11,529 nt of DNA from Chthonomonadales bacterium (GTDB lineage: Bacteria; Armatimonadota; Chthonomonadetes; Chthonomonadales; Chthonomonadaceae): positions 1 to 11,529 of the forward strand of contig JBBQPO010000202.1 in the NCBI GenBank assembly GCA_038217285.1, read 5' to 3'. The translations under genes and the position numbers were made by a program. Positions 1 to 6,739 of the stretch are shown here, piece by piece. The notes below the pieces were generated by a model, which worked only from the letters and a program-made list of their open reading frames with translations, did not search any database and was not told where the DNA came from. Numbering within the stretch: position 1 is the stretch's first letter; every line of letters begins with the position of its first letter.

Positions 1-38
1 GGTGATCTAGGCCGATGCCCTCTGTTCCAGGAGTGTTC
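1..38 (+). repeat. Direct repeat copy 1 (may extend beyond the left edge)
   Basis: GGTGATCTAGGCCGATGCCCTCTGTTCCAGGAGTGTTC matches 1655..1692 at 36/38 positions. Confidence 0.9.
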
Positions 39-92
39 ATTTACCTCTCCTATCGAATAGAGTAGAAGCGCGTCGAACTGTATTCCGTGAGA

Positions 93-665
93 TTATTTCT
101 CCCACAGTAGTTCCTGAATATGTTGCGCCATGATCGCTTCCCCACCAGCATGCTCGTATTCTAGCTCTCCTTCCCAGCGGTAACGTACGTGCCCTTTCTT
201 GTCGAGCAGATAGACCGTCGGCCAGAAATGCTGTTCCCAGCGATTCCAGTTCTCGCCTTTCTGATCGAGCAGGATCGGGTATGTGATCCCGAGGCGCTTT
301 ACCCGTCGAACGACGTTGGCCGCCACCTTCTCTTCCTCGGTTTCAGGAGTATGGATACCGAGAATCACGACACCCTTCCCAGCAAACTGCTTTTGCCATC
401 TGCCGTAACTCGGCAGGTTCCTTCGACAGTTGATTCAACCGAAGGTCCAGAACTCGATCACCGTCACTTTGCCTTTGCGGGAAGCTATCTTGATCGATCT
501 GTTCTGGGGCGTGTTGAGCCACGCACCGCCGACGAGTTCCGGGGGAACCACGTCCATCTCGACGGGTTGCTGCGCCTGGGCGGCCCCGAGCGATCCGACG
601 AGCGCGAGAGCCACGCCGAATGCTCGCAGGCTCTTCGCTGGCGAGTATGGAAATCGAAATGTCAC
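93..665 (-). CDS. Exported thioredoxin-fold redoxin (TlpA/DipZ-like), probable selenoprotein with UxxC motif (Sec at codon 77, TGA 437..435), 190 aa
   Basis: ORFs 435..710 and 93..368 are in one frame, separated only by a TGA. Readthrough gives ...KGKVTVIEFWTFG-U-INCRRNLPSYGRWQKQFAGKGVVILGIHTPE...WPTVYLLDKKGHVRYRWEGE, matching the FWTFGCINC/GIHTPE/WPT motifs of DipZ-like redoxins. GTG start at 665 has AAGGAG 7 nt upstream. The N-terminus is signal-peptide-like (AFGVALALVGSLGAAQA). Confidence 0.9.
385..431 (-). promoter_or_regulatory. Candidate bacterial SECIS element of the redoxin
   Basis: The mRNA 3' of UGA has an upper stem CUGCCG/CGGCAG (416..400) with loop AGUUA starting 25 nt after UGA (G at loop position 2). 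A possible lower stem is AACUGU/GCAGUU. Confidence 0.7.
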
Positions 666-749
666 CTCTTCTCTCCTTCTCCGGTTGTTCCAGGACACCG
701 CCTTCGGCACAGAGGGACGGCCGTCTCCGCCAGTCCCGAGACTATCTCG

Positions 750-785
750 GATGATTATATACAGAACGGTCTGTATATAATCATC
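750..785. promoter_or_regulatory. Perfect 16-bp inverted repeat, probable TetR operator overlapping -10-like boxes
   Basis: GATGATTATATACAGA-ACGG-TCTGTATATAATCATC lies between the divergent redoxin and tetR genes. It contains TATAAT on both strands (776..781 plus, 759..754 minus). Confidence 0.75.
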
Positions 786-960
786 TACCCTTCTTTAGTT
801 GAGACAGTCGGGCGAAAGGTTCACGAGAATACCGCCCCGTTCTACCGCCTCGCCTTCTGGACACAGCCACTCTCTTTCCACTACAAGGCTGGATGGGAAA
901 CATAAGTTCCCAACTCCCAGAATCTCCGAAGACAGCATTCGTTCTTCCAGGCGTCGCCTC

Positions 961-989
961 CTGAAGCCACGATTTGAAAGAGGTATACT
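961..989 (+). promoter_or_regulatory. Possible sigma70-type promoter of tetR
   Basis: CTGAAG-17 nt-TATACT, ending 25 nt upstream of ATG 1015. The -35 box is weak. Confidence 0.35.
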
Positions 990-1014
990 GGGAGGAATAG
1001 AAGGGAGAGAGACT

Positions 1015-1587
1015 ATGCGCGGAGAGGCCCGTGAAAAAATATTGGAGACAGCGTGCCGACTGTTCTATGAAAGCGGCCTCCATGCGACTGGTATCGACAC
1101 GATTGTGGCACAGTCGGGTGTCACCAAGATGACGCTCTACAAACACTTTGCCTCCAAGCAGGAGTTGATTCTGGCGGTGCTGCAGCGTCGCGATGAAGAG
1201 TGGCGTTGCTGGTTTCAGCAGGCGGTGGAAGCGCGGGCGGAGCAGCCTGCAGAGCGACTGCTCGCCCTCTTCGATGCGCTCAAGAGCTGGTTCGAGCAGG
1301 AGGATTTCAAAGGGTGCGCTTTCCTGAAAGCAGCGGCGGAGTATCCCGACCCGTCGCACCCGATCCACCGTATCGTGGTGGAGCATATCCGAAGGGTCGG
1401 TGACTATGTCGTGGGACTGACCACACAGGCGTGCGCCCGGAACCCGGCGGCCCTGGCCGACGCCCTCAACCTGCTTATCATGGGCGCGATCGCCATCGCC
1501 TTTGCAGGCGATCAACGTCAGATCGTGGAGAAAGCCCATGATTCGGCACGGGTGCTTTTAGTCGCCCACGGTGTCACTCTCCGATAA
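1015..1587 (+). CDS. TetR/AcrR family transcriptional regulator, 190 aa
   Basis: N-terminal HTH AREKILETACRLFYESGLHATGIDTIVAQSGVTKMTLYKHFASKQELI, plus an FKGCAF motif typical of a Cys-containing TetR subgroup. ATG 1015 follows purine-rich GGGAGAGAG. Confidence 0.93.
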   Translation: MRGEAREKILETACRLFYESGLHATGIDTIVAQSGVTKMTLYKHFASKQELILAVLQRRDEEWRCWFQQAVEARAEQPAERLLALFDALKSWFEQEDFKGCAFLKAAAEYPDPSHPIHRIVVEHIRRVGDYVVGLTTQACARNPAALADALNLLIMGAIAIAFAGDQRQIVEKAHDSARVLLVAHGVTLR

Positions 1588-1654
1588 CCAGAGGCGCAGG
1601 CAGGTCCCACCGCGAACTTTGGTCGATGAAACGACGTATTCCGATGAAATAGAC

Positions 1655-1692
1655 GGTGATCCAGGCCGATGCCCTCTGTTCCAGGAGTATTC
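1655..1692 (+). repeat. Direct repeat copy 2, containing the AGGAG RBS of the DUF1003 gene
   Basis: GGTGATCCAGGCCGATGCCCTCTGTTCCAGGAGTATTC, 36/38 identical to 1..38. Confidence 0.9.
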
Positions 1693-1694
1693 CC

Positions 1695-2219
1695 ATGCGT
1701 CCCAATGTAACCGAGCCTACTATGTCCGGCCAGTCGTCTGCGAATGTCTCCCCGATTCTGCTTCCCGAGCCCAAGCTCTCTCGCCTCGATCGCATCGGAA
1801 TCGCTCTCATCGAAAAGTTCGGTTCAATGGGATTCGTCTTGATTGTGCTGGTGTGGACCATCTTGTGGTGCGGCTATAACATTCTTGCCTCGGAAGTGAA
1901 GTCCCTGCACTGGAAAGCCTTTGATCCGTTCCCCGCATTCGTAGCCTATCTGCTCGTTTGTGTGATGATCCAGATGTTTCTGCTGCCGCTTATCCTGGTC
2001 AAACAGAACCTACAAGCCAAACACGATGACGCCCACGCTGAATTCGATTTCCAGACGAACCTCAAAGCGGAAAAGAATATCTGCAAGGTGCTGGAACAGT
2101 TGGATAGGCGCAATAAGGCGCTTCTGGAGCTTGTGCCTCAGCAGTCGCACAACGTCGACAAACTGGCGAGCGCAACGGAAGAGAATCCTCAGCGAAATAG
2201 ATCCCAATCCTCAGTGTGA
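1695..2219 (+). CDS. DUF1003-like membrane protein, 174 aa
   Basis: DRIG...FGSMGF, hydrophobic helices, FDPFPAF, PLILVKQN and AEFDFQTNLKAE resemble DUF1003 motifs. AGGAG lies 7 nt before ATG 1695. Confidence 0.82.
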   Translation: MRPNVTEPTMSGQSSANVSPILLPEPKLSRLDRIGIALIEKFGSMGFVLIVLVWTILWCGYNILASEVKSLHWKAFDPFPAFVAYLLVCVMIQMFLLPLILVKQNLQAKHDDAHAEFDFQTNLKAEKNICKVLEQLDRRNKALLELVPQQSHNVDKLASATEENPQRNRSQSSV

Positions 2220-2229
2220 TCGATGACCC

Positions 2230-2258
2230 TTGACAGAACGAACAGCCTGAGCCATAAT
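2230..2258 (+). promoter_or_regulatory. Sigma70 promoter of the ars operon
   Basis: TTGACA (2230..2235)-17 nt-CATAAT (2253..2258). Confidence 0.8.
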
Positions 2259-2265
2259 AATTCAA

Positions 2266-2279
2266 CATTTCGCGAAATG
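2266..2279. promoter_or_regulatory. Probable ArsR operator
   Basis: Perfect palindrome CATTTCGCGAAATG between the -10 box and the arsR ATG, with AT-rich imperfect flanks (ATAATT...AATTAT). Confidence 0.7.
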
Positions 2280-2287
2280 AGAAAATT

Positions 2288-2671
2288 ATGAATCCACAGG
2301 ATCGGAATCCATTGGCGAACGAACGTCCAGACGTGGTCGCGATGTTCCGCGCGTTGGGAGATCCGACGCGGCTGCACATCTTCGAGTTTTTACGTTCGTG
2401 CTGCTGTCCGGTAGCCGTCGAGGAGTCCGGCGCCGTGCGGCCTGTCACCGGACCGACCGTCGGCGAGGTCTGCTGTCATGTGACAGGCGCCGAACAGATC
2501 AACTCGAAAATCTCGCATCACTTGAAGGAGCTGCGTCTGGCCGGTCTCATCACGGTCGAGCGGCGCGGCAAGAACATGATCTGCGGCGTGAACCGCGAAG
2601 CCGTCGCAGCGCTGGCCTCGTACCTGGCCCGCGAGATCTCGGACAACACAGAGAGCGGCTCTTGCTGCTGA
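2288..2671 (+). CDS. arsR: ArsR/SmtB family metalloregulator, Cys-rich
   Basis: FRALGDPTRLHIFEFL...TVGEVCC...ISHHLKELRLAGLITVERRGK winged-HTH signature. First gene of the ars operon. Confidence 0.92.
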   Translation: MNPQDRNPLANERPDVVAMFRALGDPTRLHIFEFLRSCCCPVAVEESGAVRPVTGPTVGEVCCHVTGAEQINSKISHHLKELRLAGLITVERRGKNMICGVNREAVAALASYLAREISDNTESGSCC

Positions 2672-2692
2672 CACATACGGGAGAAAATAGTA

Positions 2693-3577
2693 ATGGCAGA
2701 AACAGTCAAGCTTACGGATAGAAACGATGTACGCGATCTGGTACGCGAAAAGTACGGTGCAGCGGCCCTGACGGTCTTGAACGGCGAAGGCGCGGCGTGC
2801 TGTGGCGGCAATACGGGAGGCGGCAACGATGCGTGCTGTGGCGGCGACACTATCACAGGCGGTCTGTATGACGATGTAGAAGCCGCAAGCATCCCCGAGG
2901 CGGCGCTGCTGGCCTCCCTCGGATGCGGCAATCCTACAGCGCTGGCAGCGCTCAAGGGGGGCGAAGTCGTGCTCGATCTCGGTAGCGGGGGCGGTATCGA
3001 CGTGCTGCTCTCGGCAAGGCGGGTGGGCCCCACCGGATTTGCCTATGGTCTGGATATGACCGATGCCATGCTCGCGCTCGCCGAAAAGAACAAAGCGGAA
3101 AGCGGCGCGAAGAATGTGGCGTTCCTGAAAGGGCATATCGAAGAGGTACCCCTTCCCGACAACGCGGTCGATGTCATTATCTCCAACTGCGTGATCAACC
3201 TCTCTGCCGACAAAGACGCCGTCCTGCGCGAAGCCTTCCGCGTCCTGAAACCCGGCGGACGGTTTGCCGTCTCGGATGTGGTCGTGGAGGGGGAGCTTCC
3301 TCCGGCCGTGCGTGCCGATATGGAGGCTTATGTCGGCTGCGTGGCCGGTGCGCTGGAAGTGAACGACTATCTCGCCCGGCTCGCCAGGGCCGGCTTTGTA
3401 GACGCCTCGATCGAGCCGACCCGCCGCTATACCTTCGCAGACCTGGAAGAAGCAACCTGCTGCTCTCCCGAGGTGGCCGCACTGCCTGCGGAGGAAAAAG
3501 CCGCGCTCGATGGCCGCGTTATGGGAGCTTTCATCCGTGCCGTGAAGCCGGCGGCCTCCTGCTGCGAGCCGGCGTGA
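2693..3577 (+). CDS. arsM: Arsenite S-adenosylmethionine methyltransferase (Cys type)
   Basis: Contains SLGCGNP, VLDLGSGGGID, ISNCVINL, VLKPGGRFAVSD and YVGCVAGA, the canonical ArsM Cys motifs. RBS GGGAG. Confidence 0.95.
   Translation: MAETVKLTDRNDVRDLVREKYGAAALTVLNGEGAACCGGNTGGGNDACCGGDTITGGLYDDVEAASIPEAALLASLGCGNPTALAALKGGEVVLDLGSGGGIDVLLSARRVGPTGFAYGLDMTDAMLALAEKNKAESGAKNVAFLKGHIEEVPLPDNAVDVIISNCVINLSADKDAVLREAFRVLKPGGRFAVSDVVVEGELPPAVRADMEAYVGCVAGALEVNDYLARLARAGFVDASIEPTRRYTFADLEEATCCSPEVAALPAEEKAALDGRVMGAFIRAVKPAASCCEPA
2795..2845 (+). repeat. 15-bp direct repeat within arsM encoding ACCGG twice
   Basis: GCGTGCTGTGGCGGC at 2795..2809 and 2831..2845. Confidence 0.85.
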
Positions 3578-4341
3578 AGCCCTTCCTCGAAGCGAAGAGG
3601 GTTCCTGTGGACGACGGCATGATGCGCCGCTATACGGCGGAGTTTGTCGGCACATTCGGCATCGTGTTCGCTCCTGTGGCGCTCTCCGCCACAGGCAGCC
3701 TGCACGGCAGCGAAAGCGGACTGATGGCGGCCGCCTGGGTTTCTGGGCTCGCCGTGCTCGCGATGATCTACGCGCTCGGTCCTATCTCTGCGGCCCATTT
3801 CAACCCGGCCGTGACTCTGGGTTTCGCGCTCGCGGGGCGGTTCCCGTGGCGCTACGTTGTGCCCTACTGGATCGCGGAGTTCCTCGGCGGCATCGCTGCA
3901 GCGGCCCTGGCAGCCCTGCTCTTCGGCGGTGGGCATGGGGTCCATATTCCCGCCAACGGCCTGCTTGTTCGCGCCGTGGCGGTCGAGGCCGTGCTGACCT
4001 TCTTCCTGATGCTGGTCGTCATCGCGGTTGCGACCGATAAGCGGGCGAACGGCGCGATCCCCGGTCTCGCCATCGGGCTCACCGTCGTCTTCGACGTCCT
4101 GATCGGCGGTCCGGTCACGGGCGGCTCGATGAACCCGGCGCGCTCCCTTGGCCCCGCCCTTTTCGGCGGCCCAGCCGCGCTTGCCGTCTACTGGGTCTAC
4201 GTCGTCGGTCCTGTCCTGGGAGCGGTAGTGGCAGCCTGGCTCTACGAGCACATTCGTGGCGGCGAGCACCACGCACAGGGCGCGCCAAACGACATTTACG
4301 CAGCGCTGCAAGAGATCGAAGAGAAGGCCCACGAGGCGTAA
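3574..4341 (+). CDS. MIP family aquaporin/aquaglyceroporin, probable arsenical channel
   Basis: AEFVGTF, AHFNPAVT and GGSMNPARS (two NPA motifs) with hydrophobic helices. GTGA overlap with the arsM stop; the start could instead be 3607 or 3619. Confidence 0.93.
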   Translation: MKPFLEAKRVPVDDGMMRRYTAEFVGTFGIVFAPVALSATGSLHGSESGLMAAAWVSGLAVLAMIYALGPISAAHFNPAVTLGFALAGRFPWRYVVPYWIAEFLGGIAAAALAALLFGGGHGVHIPANGLLVRAVAVEAVLTFFLMLVVIAVATDKRANGAIPGLAIGLTVVFDVLIGGPVTGGSMNPARSLGPALFGGPAALAVYWVYVVGPVLGAVVAAWLYEHIRGGEHHAQGAPNDIYAALQEIEEKAHEA

Positions 4342-4374
4342 GAGCGTCCCATAGCGCAAGAGGAGAACATTCGT

Positions 4375-4829
4375 ATGGCAACACGCATCGCCATTTTTTC
4401 GGACATCCACGCCAACCTACCTGCCATGGAGGTTACAGCCCGGCATATTCAGCAGGGCGGCTATGACGGCGTCTACTGTCTCGGCGATGTGGGCGGATAC
4501 GCGGCGCAACCAAACGAGGTTCAACAGCTCCTTATGGGAATGGGCTGCCCGACCGTGATGGGCAACTACGACGAAAGCGTTGGGTTCGAGAAAGACGACT
4601 GTGGCTGCCTCTACATCAAGCCCTTCGACATCGAGATGAGCAATATCTCGTTTCTCTGGACCCGCGCGCAGGCTACTGTGTCCTGACGCTCGACGGTCAG
4701 AATGTCAGCGCCGAGCAGGTCCGCCTGCCCTACCCGGTTGAGACCGCCTGCGAACGCCTGCTCGCGGCCGGCCTTCCCACCTACTTCGCCGACTATCTCC
4801 GAAAAGCCGGCAACGTTACACCAGCCTGA
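4375..4829 (+). pseudogene. Calcineurin-like metallophosphoesterase with internal deletion and frameshift
   Basis: The N-terminal part (4375..4670) has SDIHAN, CLGDVGGY and MGNYD. A different frame at 4659..4829 reads DPRAGYCVLTLDGQNVSAEQVRLPYPVETACERLLAAGLPTYFADYLRKAGNVTPA*, the typical family C-terminus. The middle HGSP, GHTH and GSVG motifs are missing. Confidence 0.85.
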
Positions 4830-4951
4830 GTAGACGTCAACACCGGTACGTTCTCGCCTGCCGCACCTACGAGACACCGACAGGCAGAGGCGGCGCTCCT
4901 CCCGAAGAGGCGGTTCGCGCCGCGATCCGGCCTGCGGTCTGACCTGTTCTG

Positions 4952-6739
4952 CTACGGAACGCGGGGGACGGAGAGATACGTCGTGTAACTTTCGGCCTTC
5001 ACCTTGTAGAACGGCAGAAAGGTCATCGTATTATGGTGCGTGTGGAACGTAGGAAGCCCGCCGGGGTGCTTTACAACGTCCACACCAGCTTTGCCTCCAG
5101 GAACCGAAACAGGCTTGTCGGAGAGAGCTACCAGGAGCAGTGGCCCGTAGAGCAGCGCCTGGCGGTCCGGCGTCTCGGAGGCGATGGCCTCGGAGTGCAG
5201 CGCCATCGGGAACGTGACCTGAAGCGTATCTCCCTCGTGCCATAACCGCTCCACTTCGAGGAACGTCCCCGGCACGGCCTTTACCTGCGTGACTTTGCCT
5301 CTGATTTTAACGGTTACAGGCTTCGCTGTCCAGCCAGGGACGCGCACATGCAGCGCAAAGCGCACAGGCTTTTGGGAATGCACCGTCAGCGTCGTCGTAT
5401 CTGTCTCCGGGTAGAGCGTGGTCTGCTCGACCGTGACAGCCTGCGGCCCCTCCTTCCAGTGCACCTGCGAAGGTGTGAAGAGGTTGACGTAGAGGCCGTG
5501 CGCAGCGTGGAAATAGATGTCGAGCGGATAGTCTGCGGTGATCTGTGCATACGTCCCCGAACAGCAGGGCCAGGCCGCGCCGAAGTAGGCTTTCTTGGTT
5601 CCGGAGCGATAGTTCGAATAGTAGAAGGTCTTGCCGTCCGGCTGCATGGGAAGCGTCGCGAGCATACCGTTGAAGAGGACGCGTTCCATGTTGTCGCCGT
5701 ATTTGGCGTCTCCGGTAAACCGCAGCAGATAGCGGTCGAGGTTGACGTTGGCGTAGGAGCCGCATGGCGTCTCGAAGTGGTTGTCGACGCTCTCGATGGA
5801 TTCTGCGAGCTTCCCCTGCCCCGGTGTCACGAACCGCTCGAGTGGCCCCCATCCGCCCGAAGCGTACATCTGCGTGGTGGTAAGGAACGTCCAGGCGTTC
5901 TCTATCGCCTTGAAGTACTTTTCATCGCCTGTCACTTCATAGGCTTTGGCCGCTGACAACAGGGTGTTGACATGGCTGTAGGCGTGATGGTCCGGTGTAA
6001 ACGCATTGATGCCATTTGCGAAGGGGTCGTAGTACTCCTTGCTGTAGTCGTACTCTTTCGCCATATCGAGATACCGCGGATCTTGCGTAAGCGCATAGCA
6101 GTTGTAGAGATTTTCGGGCAGCGTGTACCATTCGTCTCGTCGGCGCGGCAGGTTCTTCACCGCCCAGTCGGTCATCTGCTTGAGAACGACGAGTCCCTCC
6201 GCATTGCCGGTCAGCGTATAAGCGTCCCGCATCCCGATGCAGTTCTTATCGTAGAGGTAGTTCGGCCACTCCCGGAAGACCTTCTCGGACGAGTAGAAAT
6301 AGCCGTCTGGCGCTAAGGTTTCGTGGAAACCGTGCACCAGTCGGGCGACCTTCTCCTTATACCGCACATCTCCCGTATTGGCGTACATCCGGGCCAGGGC
6401 GGAGACATACTGCCCGAAAGGATGCGCTCCGGCGAAGCCGTCCGGATCGTACCAACCGCCCATCGGTTTGCCGGGCGCGGGAAGTCCGGCGCGTTTGCGG
6501 AAGCCGTTGAGCAGATTGTCCTCCGACAGCGATAGAAAGAAGTCGCGCGCTTCCAGGGCCTGGGTTCCCAGAGGGCCGCCTTTCAGAGTGACGTCCTGAT
6601 AGCCAAAGGGCTGCACGAGGCCCGAAGATCGGTGTGCCTCCAGAGCGACTGCCTTCTGGGCCGGGGCGCTCTGCTGGCAGAAGAGCCCTCCAGCAAGTAC
6701 AAGCAGGGCGCAAAGTCCTACTCCAGTCAACTTCTTCAT
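4952..6739 (-). CDS. Secreted glycoside hydrolase, GH127/GH146 (beta-L-arabinofuranosidase-like, DUF1680), 595 aa
   Basis: Signal peptide, then GGW...GQYVSALA, HAYSHV, YASGG, ETPCGSY, YGDNMER.LFN, WPCCSGT, LYVNLF, QTTLYP, RVPGW and YGPLLL motifs. Confidence 0.88.
   Translation of the reverse strand: MKKLTGVGLCALLVLAGGLFCQQSAPAQKAVALEAHRSSGLVQPFGYQDVTLKGGPLGTQALEARDFFLSLSEDNLLNGFRKRAGLPAPGKPMGGWYDPDGFAGAHPFGQYVSALARMYANTGDVRYKEKVARLVHGFHETLAPDGYFYSSEKVFREWPNYLYDKNCIGMRDAYTLTGNAEGLVVLKQMTDWAVKNLPRRRDEWYTLPENLYNCYALTQDPRYLDMAKEYDYSKEYYDPFANGINAFTPDHHAYSHVNTLLSAAKAYEVTGDEKYFKAIENAWTFLTTTQMYASGGWGPLERFVTPGQGKLAESIESVDNHFETPCGSYANVNLDRYLLRFTGDAKYGDNMERVLFNGMLATLPMQPDGKTFYYSNYRSGTKKAYFGAAWPCCSGTYAQITADYPLDIYFHAAHGLYVNLFTPSQVHWKEGPQAVTVEQTTLYPETDTTTLTVHSQKPVRFALHVRVPGWTAKPVTVKIRGKVTQVKAVPGTFLEVERLWHEGDTLQVTFPMALHSEAIASETPDRQALLYGPLLLVALSDKPVSVPGGKAGVDVVKHPGGLPTFHTHHNTMTFLPFYKVKAESYTTYLSVPRVP

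Noticed and set aside
799-1014. N-terminal extension of TetR from TTG 799
   Set aside because: The HTH begins right after ATG 1015, which has an RBS, and the extension looks non-coding.
2669-2695. The arsR stop is TGA after CC and is in frame with arsM with no intervening stop (CC-U-HIREKIV-M), suggesting a Sec-linked ArsR-ArsM fusion
   Set aside because: I see no convincing hairpin 3' of the UGA, arsM has its own GGGAG RBS, a terminal CC is normal for ArsR, and in-frame spacing occurs by chance one time in three.
2390-4410. Long minus-strand ORFs (421 aa and 327 aa) and similar shadow ORFs such as 189..905, 781..1539 and 9184..9927
   Set aside because: They are antisense shadows of well-supported genes in GC-rich DNA and carry no recognisable motifs.
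4684-4686. TGA ending the 103-aa phosphoesterase ORF as a third Sec codon
   Set aside because: In-frame readthrough gives no family-like sequence. The homologous C-terminus is in another frame, which the deletion explains.
4880-4935. GC-rich hairpin (GCGGCGC...GCGCCGC) between convergent genes as an intrinsic terminator
   Set aside because: The stem is interrupted and has no U-tract on either strand.
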